A DNA stretch of 64,000 bases from assembly GCA_964304625.1 (NCBI GenBank), contig OZ199838.1:15366929-15430928 (forward strand), in the 5' to 3' direction. Shown in pieces: positions 25,418-36,425 of this stretch. Under the pieces are notes generated by a model. That model searched no databases. It was given only the letters and a program-made list of their open reading frames with translations, and was not told where the DNA came from. The number at the start of each line of letters is the position of its first letter. The stretch's first letter is position 1. Origin of the DNA: Kudoa neothunni. Lineage: Eukaryota; Animalia; Cnidaria. The translations under genes were made by a program, and so were the position numbers.

Positions 25418-25810
25418 GAGACCGCAGCAGTCCCATCTGGCCCTCGTTTCACGCTTGTGCTGTAGCATGAGAATTGAGCCCACTAAAATTAAATCCCCTC
25501 CTGAAGAACATCACTGCTCCAAACCCTGCACATTTTAAAAATAGTAACGTTAACTCTAGAGAGCTTGCGATATTTTTGTTGCCTATTTCATTCCCAATGA
25601 TTCGATTCCAACGTCCAATCCCCCATTGAAACGAAGTACAACTGCGAGTACATCGCACAGTAATAAGTCTACATTCGAACCGCCGCTTTCTATTACGTAA
25701 TGGGGACGCACGATAGGGAAAATGGCCTTATAGGAGTCGGGACTGAACTTTTGACCCTCATTGTCGCAGTCCAATGGTAGCGCAGACACTCATGCAATCT
25801 ACCCGCCTCC
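25418..25810 (-). ncRNA. Candidate structured non-coding RNA (some RNase MRP-like landmarks), unassigned
   Basis: GC-rich island with no credible ORF. Long-range pair GCATGAG/CTCATGC, nested helices CCCCATT/AATGGGG, CGTCC/GGACG, TTCCC/GGGAA, and hairpins needing G-U pairs on the minus strand. 3' GGGCTCAATTCTCA resembles MRP CR-V. Confidence 0.3.
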
Positions 25811-26139
25811 TTGAATAAAAAAGCACAGTACAAAAGTCGACTCATCGAACTTTTAATTTTAAGGTCTATTATTCAGTAGACTCGATTGTTGAACCATCTG
25901 TCAAATATTTCTCGTTGTATGAAATGAATTAAACAGATCACAATGTAACCTATGTTGACATTGTCCTAACGGATAAATTATCTAGACTCTAGAGCCTGTA
26001 TGTTTTTATTGTTTTTAGAAAATTTTACGCAGAGTTAAACTGTAATGAAAACCAAATTTTAGCAGTAAAAACAGGAGCTAATTGAACGTAGAAAAATCAA
26101 TAGGACAATTATAAAGGTTAACATTCACACACTACGATC

Positions 26140-26220
26140 AACAACTTATTAAGGAGGATAAATCTAACCAACTCTTCCAGATTAAACGGGTTCAGAACTG
26201 ATTATCATGAATAAGCTATT
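26140..26220 (-). promoter_or_regulatory. SECIS element (type II) of selenoprotein T
   Basis: AATAGCTTATT-c-ATGA-T-AATCAGTTCT-G-AA-CCCG..CTGG-A-AGAGTTGGTT-AGAT-..-AATAAGTTGTT: 11-bp helix I, UGAU/AGAU core, 10-bp helix II, apical AA 12 nt after AUGA. Confidence 0.85.
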
Positions 26221-26237
26221 GAAGGATGGTTTGAATG

Positions 26238-26976
26238 TTAGTCACGACCGATGTGGGAAGAAATCGAGGCGATAACTTGTTGCAATGTTGGGAATGCTCC
26301 ACTTTGAATTTTAGACCAAATAATGGTTGTATCTATTAAATAAAGTTAGAATAGGCAAATAAATCTAAAACCCGACCATTGAGAGTTATTTCGAATGCAC
26401 CAGTAGACATTAACGAATTTTCAATTAGATTTCCCAAAATAAAAACTGCAATCACGATGGTATACTATCGAAATCAATTGCGATAGAGAAACCAGTCAAC
26501 AAAATACTTTGTTTTCAAGAATTGAATCAATTTCTGGAGTGATGTAGGGTTGTATTAAATCAGGGTAGAAAGAATGAATAGCGCATATCACAAGCAATAT
26601 AAGTTTGGTCCATGAGACTATTCTAGCTCCCAGCAAACGCAATTTAGATTTGGGAGTGTTGTATTCTCCAATAATTTCATAATCTGGAAAAACTTCCTCC
26701 AAGTTTTCCTTAAAATATTGGAAAGTATTTTTGTAATTTCATGAAATGCTATAAATATCAAAAATTCGATGAAATTCCCACAATCAACACCTACCAATAG
26801 CTAATTCTAATAATATTTTTCCTTGGAATATTAGTTTGAGACATCTTTTGGTGGGCTGTTCTAAGACGTTCAACAATATCAGGTTCTTTGTTGTTGTTGG
26901 TGGTGATGTTGTAGATATCGATAAAAACCAATAGGCAGATTGGAATTATAAAGAAAATCAATTCTTTCCTGTTCAT
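26238..26976 (-). CDS. SELENOT: Selenoprotein T (CxxU thioredoxin-like), 4 exons; Sec TGA at 26741-26739
   Basis: N-terminal hydrophobic segment; splicing 26794-26749 gives ISYCIS(TGA)NYKNTF..FPDYEIIGE. Later exons give ENSLMSTGAFEITLND and IWSKIQSGAFP. SECIS in the 3' UTR. One nucleotide is apparently missing at ~26508-26510. Confidence 0.92.
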
Positions 26977-27652
26977 TCACCACCTAACAGTAGACGATGT
27001 GTATCAAGACAACAGCAAGTCCAATGCCTTTACACGACTAGGATTACTAGAGTTGTTTGCGCATGTATCTACAAACAAATGGACATTTGTAGGCGAAAGC
27101 TACTCTTACAACAATGTTTTAAGTTGATTATTAAAATGTGATACTGTATTGAATGAAATTCTCTTTGACTTTATAGCATTATGAGAATTTACTGAATCAA
27201 TTTCATACATGTTATAAAACTTAGCTAATCCTACTAAATGAAAAGGAATAATTCTAACCGAAATCATTATTAAACCGCCGAAACTCAGTTTTTAATTCTT
27301 ATCCTCAGTTATATTTGAGAAATGTGAACAAAGTTTAACCAGTGTTAATATACTCAAGTGTTTTTTGCATTTAAAATAAAAATATGAATAGAATAATTTG
27401 AGTGCTGATTATTGTTTTATAATGTTGTATTATACATTTTATAATGGATCATTTCAAGCATCGAATATAAATCGAAGATACCATAAAATTTTGTGAACTT
27501 TTCATGAGTATTCAACGTGATTTCAATGGAGCTCTAACTACGGTATAAGGACGGAAATATTTTTTTTTTGAATGTCTTACCGTCATTTTGAGTCAAAGAA
27601 AATATTATAACATCACTTAAAAAGCATAAAGTAAAATTTAAGTGATTAAATA

Positions 27653-28075
27653 CAGTGCAACCTCGGAGTTGGATCAACAATTTTGAGTAAGAAACATTTT
27701 TGAGTTCGATCACATATAGAAATGATATTCAGAACAAATCCAGTCGGAGTAAAAAACAGAGAACAGAAGAAATCCTGGAAGAGTCACTCAATCAAATCGT
27801 GTGAACGTCATCGAAAGCGAATCCTTTATAATCTTTCCTATGATAACAAAAAATATTTATCCTATATTCCATTTATATTATTAGATTTAATATTTATTTT
27901 TTAAATTTTATAAAAAAAAGGTATGCATGTTTTTTCATAAATAAGATTAAAAATAGTGATTTATTTGATGTCGTAACGGATTAAATTAATTTTCATTACT
28001 TTGCATGGGAAGAAATTATTTGGAGTTCGAACATACTTCTAGAACGGATTATGGTCAAAGTCTGAGGTTGCACTA
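27653..28075. mobile_element. pogo/Tigger-like MITE (Tc1/mariner superfamily), ~420 bp
   Basis: TA|CAGTGCAACCTCGGAG ... CTGAGGTTGCACTA|TA: imperfect TIRs with a TA TSD. Confidence 0.7.
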
Positions 28076-28722
28076 TAGTTGCTTCATACCATGATAAGGC
28101 TATAATTGAACCAAGTAAGCTTTTTTCAAAAAGGCGTTTAAATTGTGATTTATAGGGAATAATGAGCTCATTGTTTGTTTTACTATATATCGTTGAAATT
28201 ATTATTGTATTTTTTAATTTTAAAACTTATAATTTTTGGATTAATAAGTAATTGATGACTAAACTCAATGATTTTTAAATAAATTCGGCAACAATTGCTC
28301 GAATTTTGATCATAAAAATGTTCAAATTTGTGATTTAAAGTAAAACTTTATTTAATAGAATTTAATGTGTAAAACTATTTATTACTTTCGTTTGAGTTGT
28401 ATATTGTGATAAAAATATTGGAAAAGCGACTGTATTTTTAAAATTTTTATTTGTGCAACTTGGTAGCACTATATTTAATTTTCAAAACTTAAATTTTCTT
28501 TCTGAATAACTCCATACTTTATTAACAACTTCCATTCTTTTTAGCCAAAATGCATTTTTCTCAATAATATAATTTAGATTCTTTTGCAGAACAACGCAAT
28601 CAAAATCGCCTTTATTCATTTCTTAATTATGTACCTTTTTATTATAGTAAAATATATTATGATTCCTTAAAGTAATTAGATTAAATATGTGTATTTTGAT
28701 TTGGAACGATACTTTAATTTAA

Positions 28723-30179
28723 CACTCGTACTGAGTCGACAATTTTCACCTTTAAATGACTTGGGGGTCGTTTTTGACACCAGGATAGAAATAGTAATTT
28801 TACGAATAAATTATATCCTCAAAAATGACCAGAACATTAAAATTTGTATAATATAATTATCTAATTATAAAATTGGATGCAATTTTCACAAAATATTGGT
28901 ATATGAGGGTTAAGCATAGGTTTAATACAATTTTTAATAGCATATTGAACGTTTGTCATTATGCTCACTTGGGCAAATGTAACATCTTATCCTTTAATTT
29001 AATCTCATTTTCGCGAAATTTGATTCTGGTTGGCTACGTTGTCAATACCGTATTCATTTGAAATTTCTTCAATGATACTAAACATTATATTTTCTTCTTG
29101 TTCAAGGGTGGACAATTATATTTTTGCAGGGACGGAATTTCATGAAAAAATTTGATTACACACCTGAAGACAATTATTTTGAAAGAATTTAATATTAATA
29201 TAAATTTCATTGCATTTTAAATAAAATTTAATAAAAAATATTAATTAATTTGATTTTTTGAGTATTGTACAGATATGGTGATAAATAAGGCAAACAGTGT
29301 TGGACAAGTATGTACATATAAATACATTCCAACTAAATCTTTATTAAAAACAAGGCTCCCGTTAGTTATTTTTCGCCTTTCAGTATCCGCTGGGCTTAAA
29401 ATTAAACATCTTGTGGAGGAATTACATGTTTAATTGATTTAGCAATTAACTTTATAAATATAGTAGAAAGAAGAAAAATATATTTCGAACTTGATTTTTC
29501 ACAAAACAAATTAATAAATTAAATGGTTAATTTTTCAATAGATTTTTGTATAGGTTAATAAATCAGGTAGTTTGTAGCGGAGTAATTTTATTATTTAAAG
29601 TAGGGCTAATCTGTTTATAATAAGTGCCATTCCAGAAAATATAAATGTAGAAGTTTCTTCCTACAATTTTATTGATTTTTTAGTTTGCATAACTTGTGTG
29701 ACGCCACATATTTCTGTTAATTCGTACTTTTTATTCCTTCAAATTTTCTGAATATTGTTAGCCATATTTAACAATTATTCATGTTTCTAGTTGTACGTCC
29801 AACGTAAACAGTTATTAAACTTGAGTATAAACAAATATGGCGACTTTATATTTACGGATGAATTAATATTAGTCTGGATTTTAAATTATCTTAGAGAGAA
29901 ACTAAATTTCAAATCTATCACAAATAGATGAATTCTATAGTAAACTTGCTATTGCTCCCGATGACCGAATGGGACATCATGGGACAAGTTCAGGCTCAGG
30001 GGTCATGTTATGCCTACCGCCGTTCAGCATCATTCTAGAAAACCTTAAAAGGATCTAAAACGTTGGAAAGATTTTAATATCAAAGATATTATTCAAATTT
30101 ACTCGTTATGTCGAATTGTTAATGTTATAATTAATTATTTATTCTGGGGTCACTTTTGACTCCAAACTCAGTATGAGTG
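28723..30179. mobile_element. Non-autonomous piggyBac-like element, family C (~1.46 kb)
   Basis: TTAA|CACTCGTACTGAGT ... ACTCAGTATGAGTG|CTAA (13/14 TIR match, right TSD with one change); subterminal GGGGTC..GAC(A/T)CC palindromes at both ends. Confidence 0.75.
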
Positions 30180-30931
30180 CTAAACCTAAACTTCGTGAAT
30201 GAGAATATAAAAGAAATCGTATCAGGAATAGTAAGAATTTATTTATTATGAGTAAGAAACATAATTAGATTAATTTGTATTGAATAATGCTATTATCTGC
30301 CATTAATGCCATAGGTATACGATGCATTAAAATTTATAAAGAAATTCTAAATAAACAGTATCACGTGATTTCTATTATTGGCTAGTATATATTATTTACA
30401 AACGATGTATATACATAAAAGGAAGTATATATTCGAGTTATCATAAAAGCAGAAATTTAGTTTGAATAATAAATATTGCAGAAAAATTTAAACAATGTTT
30501 AGTGTTTAATTTATTAATGTTAAATATACTTTTTCAAATAGAAGTCAGGTTTTCATTGTTTCTGTTTGCTTATACTGAGTTCAATCATATTTTTGTTATT
30601 TTTCTTTTATTTGTTATTTTAATCATTTTGAATTATTCTGGCGCGAACTGAATAAACTCGTATATAAAATAAGTCTAGCCAAAATATTTAATATTTTCCA
30701 ATTTTAAATTCTGTGTGAATTACATAAATCATTTTTAGTTATTTTGTTTTATAAACAAGAATAAGGGAATGTCATTTCTCATCTTCGAATTTATTTTTGA
30801 TATATAATATATTTATTGCTCAGAAAACAAAAGAATAATTCACGAACTCACACGGTCATATCTATAAAAAGTCAATTTAAATCGTATAATATAAAACTTG
30901 AATCTTTTAAATCGAATGAAATTGTATGTAT

Positions 30932-33929
30932 CTAATTTTTGTTTTTCATGTATCCGAAATAGAATCCTATTCCAATTATCACTATTACAACGGGAACCAC
31001 AACTGAAATAATTCTAAATGGAAAAATTAATAATATAAACTAAACTCTATCTACATTGTATTCTTTGACCTAAAAAATATATAAGAAATGTAATGTATAT
31101 TTGAAATTACGTTGATTTGTTTGATGTTTCACCTATTTGTTTAAAAATTATAAAAATTATAATTTTATAAATACCTCTTTTTATTATAGCAGTTCCAAAA
31201 ATTGTCCCATCAGTGCTATGAATTACCCTCACACGGTAATCATTACTGTCTTCAACATCTGAAATTGAGATATCTTTACAAGATGGGAAAGCAGTACAAT
31301 CTCGACCAACAACCATGCATTTTTTCACAACTGGTTTGGCAGCATCATTCCATTCTATTAATTCCCATTTGCATCGAGATTTTTCATCGGTTCCTTGAGG
31401 CAGAATAGTTTTAACTTGTAATGTTTTATCGTCACGTACGATCACTATATCTATTTGTTTATTCACGTCCTCATTTGATACGAGTGATGGATCTAAATAA
31501 AATAATTTGATAATGCAAATGATTGACGACATAAGTTACACCAATATGTGAATAAAATATATCAATATAGTTAATAATTGGCAAAAAATCCAATTGAAAG
31601 TGATAATACTTTTCGGTATAGGTACAGATACTTCCGCCGATCTTCCAATAGCAGTAACTAACAATTTATACTCTTTATCTGCCTCATACCCTTCACTCAC
31701 AATAATATTATTGCATAAAGGTGCCTGACTGCATGGTGGGAATTGTACAGCAGCATTTGTTGACGACGTTCTAGTTGTAATTGGTTCAGATGCAGTATTC
31801 GCTGCCCTCGCAACTTTCATTTCGTTGGATGCTGATGGTATTGCTAATTTTTGAAGGGATCTAATTGAATCTTTAACATCGTTATTTATTTCGTCTTTAA
31901 ATATTCTCGAAACAGCGCTTGCTTTTGGATTTGTAGTAGGTGAAGGACAAGTGAATACCTCCTTGAATGTTTCATCATTCCTATGAAGTTTGAATTGGCA
32001 TTTCGCATCTGGATCGGGAGTGGATAGGGTTCCAACCACCTTGAATCCTTTATTCAAGAAACTTGATGTAAGTGTAAGTATTGCCAAATCTAATCAGTGT
32101 CATATCAAATTTATTATGAAAATTAAACTACTTGTTTTGACACCGGTATATGTTTTCGGCGGGTACTCTTTGTGTGCAATAACTTTGATGTCATAAATTG
32201 ATCCTGGAATAAGATTAATGATGGTTTTAGACTCCTTGCAGTGCCCTCTGCAAGGGTAGCTATCAGTGCAATGTGCGTCGATGAATGCATTTTTATTTGC
32301 TATGCTTATGTAATAGGAACAAGTGGGTTGGTCTGCGGTTGTATCTTCAGCACCTTCTAATGCTTTAATTACAGCAGTTGACTCAGTTACAGTTGGATTA
32401 TTGGTTATAAATTCTGTGCGTGCTTTGGGACCTATATAAATATACAATTTATGTTTTTAATCAACATTAACTTACCTGTCCTTACAAATAAGTATTCGTT
32501 AAAATCTGTTTGAGAATTAGCGCTAGCAAATGCGATCTCAATTATCGTAGGTTTTCCTTCAGGCAAACCTTTAATTATTAGAGTAGATTCACAGTTTCCT
32601 TCACAAGCAGTGCCACTACTACAATTTGGTGTTTGGCTTGATCTAGCATTCGGTCTTGGTTTGTCGGCAGGGAAGTGTTTTATGTTACAAGTGGTGTATG
32701 TGGGTGGATCCGTGGTTTTAAAAGGAGAAGCATCCAATGTAACTCCTTCATTTATTATATCCTTCAATAAACCACCTTGTGGCTCTATAATCGCTAAATA
32801 AAACGTTCAAAATAATAACTCAATCTTGATCCTACCAAACTTTTTTTGTTCATATCCTTCATATCTGGCCCCGACCGCTTTTATATCATGATGTCTGGTT
32901 TGAATAGAAATATCAACAAGAACTTTTGATGATATAAGAGTTAGCTGAACATTATCACAAGGTGCATAGCATTCCTTTCCTGCAGCCTCACAAATATATG
33001 AATAAGTACCTTTAGGAGTAGCAGTTGCATCTCTAATACCAAAGCGACATATTTCTGTCGAAAAATTATTTGTAAATTTAATGTTATATTTAGTTTTCTC
33101 ATTTTCTGATTTAAATGCTACATAATATTGTGGCTTGAAAACGTCGATTTTTTCTTTCATATATGCATTTGGCATTTGATAAAAGAAGCTTGGATATTTT
33201 TCACATTGCATTTCGTAATATGGAATCATTAAATCAAATTCAACTTCAGTATTAATGGCAGTGACGCAATCACCTGTGGTTGCACTTGTTTCAGCGTTGT
33301 ATTGAACCTTTTTGTATCTTACTGGGCAATTCACTCTGTCGCAGGTTTTAGTAGAAAATTTTAATTTTTGAGCATCTGATGTTGATATTTCAACCTGAGG
33401 ATTCACAAGTAATGCTAAACGTAAATAAATTCGTTGTCAATATGAATTTGTTAATACGTAATTGGAATCCAAAAACATTTCCACCCGTTGTTCCAGCTTC
33501 AGCTTTAACGGCAGTGTCTGCTGCGAAAACATAGATATACTCATTTCTTGGAGAGAGAATGTCATATGTCAACTCATTCGAAGCACTTTCGCATGGAATC
33601 ACACACTTATCTATTCCATTTGTTTGATCGCTTCCAGGACATTTATTAATATCCTCATATTCGGACAGATTACTTTTTGCCTTTTTCATTAAACAATGTT
33701 TTCCCACCCCATAATCAGCACCGCTTAAGGTAAGTTTTAATTTTTTAATTTTATCATTATCTTCTATAATTGTGTAAGACAGTTGTTTCGATTCGGATGC
33801 TAGTGCTGGTGGGTTTAAAGTTGCAGAATAGCAATTAGCATCTAAAAAACATTTGATCTAATGTAGAAAACACTCATATTTACATATTAATATAGACACA
33901 ACTATAAACCTAAATATCTGTGTTCTCAT
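30932..33929 (-). CDS. Orphan type-I membrane protein, 847 aa: signal peptide, ~7 Cys-rich FN3-like modules, TM helix, very short tail
   Basis: Ten GT-AG exons join in frame (33929-33884, 33841-33458, 33414-32836, 32793-32476, 32431-32132, 32089-31610, 31492-31175, 31132-31111, 31069-31055, 31013-30932). Signal MRTQIFRFIVVSILIYANCYS; FN3 Tyr-corner motif NLIPGSIYDIKVIA; TM IIISVVVPVVIVIIGIGFYFGY then MKNKN*. Confidence 0.85.
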
Positions 33930-36425
33930 ATTTATTTATGAAATTCGAGTAGGATTAAGTCTAATATATTGGCAATGATGAAACTGACAATATAACGAAT
34001 ATTAGTATATATATATAAATGGAATTTATATAGCTATTAATCTTCCGTTCAACACTGAATACAATGTTAAATTGATGTATATTACTCAGCCAATTGATTA
34101 TGAAATTCTTGAATATAGGATTATGCATACGAAATTATTAATTCACATTCATATAAAAATAAATCGCGTAAATCTAAATCAATGTGAATGTCGTTTAAAA
34201 AAATAGTTTCTTCTAAAATCTTTTCTCAGCCTGGCGGTGTATGGTGGGTTATTACAAGTTTTCCTTATTTTTAAATGGATCAATATTTTTTAAATATTCC
34301 ATAGATGAAATTGAAACTTATAAAGATTTACCCACTAGTTTATGTACAATATATCTACGTTTATTATTATTTTATGCGCTTCAATCAGTTATATTCTTTC
34401 AAAATGCGCGTATTGTTTAAATTAAACTAACAAAGAAGAAAAAAGTTAGACAATGATTCAATTTTGTCCCATAAATTGATGAGAAAATAAATATATCAAC
34501 TTAATTAATCAAAATAACACTTAGTAATCGGAATCAATTAAGCAGACAATTTAGTGCATTTTATGAATTGTAAACTTTATAAATCCTTTAAATATTACCT
34601 GAATAGATTAATATTTGACTTTTACAATTGAGGTTCCATTAATAATTAAAAGCAAAGAAACAAATTTTATTACAATGTTCCGAAAAAAGATAATCCAATT
34701 AAATATCACATACCTCCGATGATTCTATAAAGGTACTCTTTTATTAAAAGTAAACCTCCTATCAGGCAGGCATCACGGATTTTTTAGTTAAAAATTTTTC
34801 TTTGTTAACTAAGTTTTTTGACTGTTCAACACAATTTACTAAAATTTAACGATTTATAAAATTAAATATGACTGAAGAAGTAATATTTGATGGAATGACT
34901 TATTCACATCTTATTTACTATATCGGTACCATTAAATTTTTTCATAAGTTTTCTCGAGAACCCATTTACCCGGAAATAAAATTATCGCTACATTTCTTTG
35001 TTATTAAAGGTCCACGTTAATTTATGATTTTATTAAGAGATAAATATAATAACTATTTTTAGAAACTACAAAATTAGATTTATGAGAGCACAGTTACACC
35101 TATTAAATGAAAATTATCATTTTTTCCGCGTGGAAAGACTAATAATTTAAAACTTTACCCAAAAATATATATATAAAAGATTCATATATCGCTCTGAATA
35201 AAAAAAACTTCAAAACGTTAAAATTTATTTAAAGAATTCTTTAATTTTTCAGAAGTAGGACTCAATATGAAATGTTAAGGTTACATTAAACCTAATGAAG
35301 CTTATAAATTGGAAAATTTTATCTAATCATGTTTTTATACCCTACAGTGTAGATAAAAAGATACATTTACATAAAAGTTTGGAAAATAGCCTCTATAATT
35401 GACATTTTTATCAGATAAGTAGACGAAAAACAAAATTTCTCAATCTCAAAATTATTCATATTACTTATTATAACAAGTTATTTTATTATTCAAACCAAAT
35501 ATAACATTTAACTCAAAAATATCAAATAATCTTAATAATTCGTTAAAATCTTGTAAATTATTTTCTTTAGAAACAATTTTAATTAAAAACTTATTTATTT
35601 TATTTTAAATGCCAATAATTATTTTATATATCCAAAATAAAAGTTATGATAAACCACTTTTAGATACTGTCTATGGTATGTCTGGCGATTCGCGAAGATA
35701 AAGAATATGCCAATTTCATTGTTTGTAATTACTTTTATAACTGTTTAAATAATTTAACCAATTAATGCAAATTATAAAATGATCAATTTTCTTTGAAACT
35801 ATAATCATTAATTTATTTATATCTATTTTTTTTGTACGATAAAATTTTATATCGATTTTATTTATTTTGAATAATCAAAAAATTCTCTTTATTTATTATT
35901 AAAAAATTGTTGTTTCCTTTTGATACATTACTATTAACCCATAATTACGTTCGAATTAAATTTAAATCAATAAAAACCCTTTTAAATAATTTTTATGGTA
36001 TAAAATTATTCAGATTTTAGTTTGATCATAAATTATCAACTTTTATTTCAAAGATGTTGAGTTTGATTGAGAAGCTACATTATTTTAGCTTAATAAAAGA
36101 TCTGTCCCTAGAGAAAACAATATGAAACGGAACAACAGGATGAAATGACAAATTTAAAATAGGTTATATTAAGTTTACCCGTATGTTTTTGATTTTAAAT
36201 GTTTATGGTTTCCTGAATATTATTTTTAGTATTAGCAATGCAATAATATCACCCTGATGTTAGAAGATCGTTTTCAATCAATGAGATTGTGATTAATGAT
36301 TTGTAACTTTTTTTATATCAAAAAGGATAATATTTACAATTACTCTTTTTTGTATTGGGTCATGTGACGGTTTATTCATTTCTTTCTATCTGACCTTTAA
36401 TCAAACCATCATTTTTGTAAGTTAA

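Noticed and set aside
25449-25789. Two short minus-strand ORFs in the GC-rich island
   Set aside because: No motifs or supporting splice structure; they overlap in different frames.
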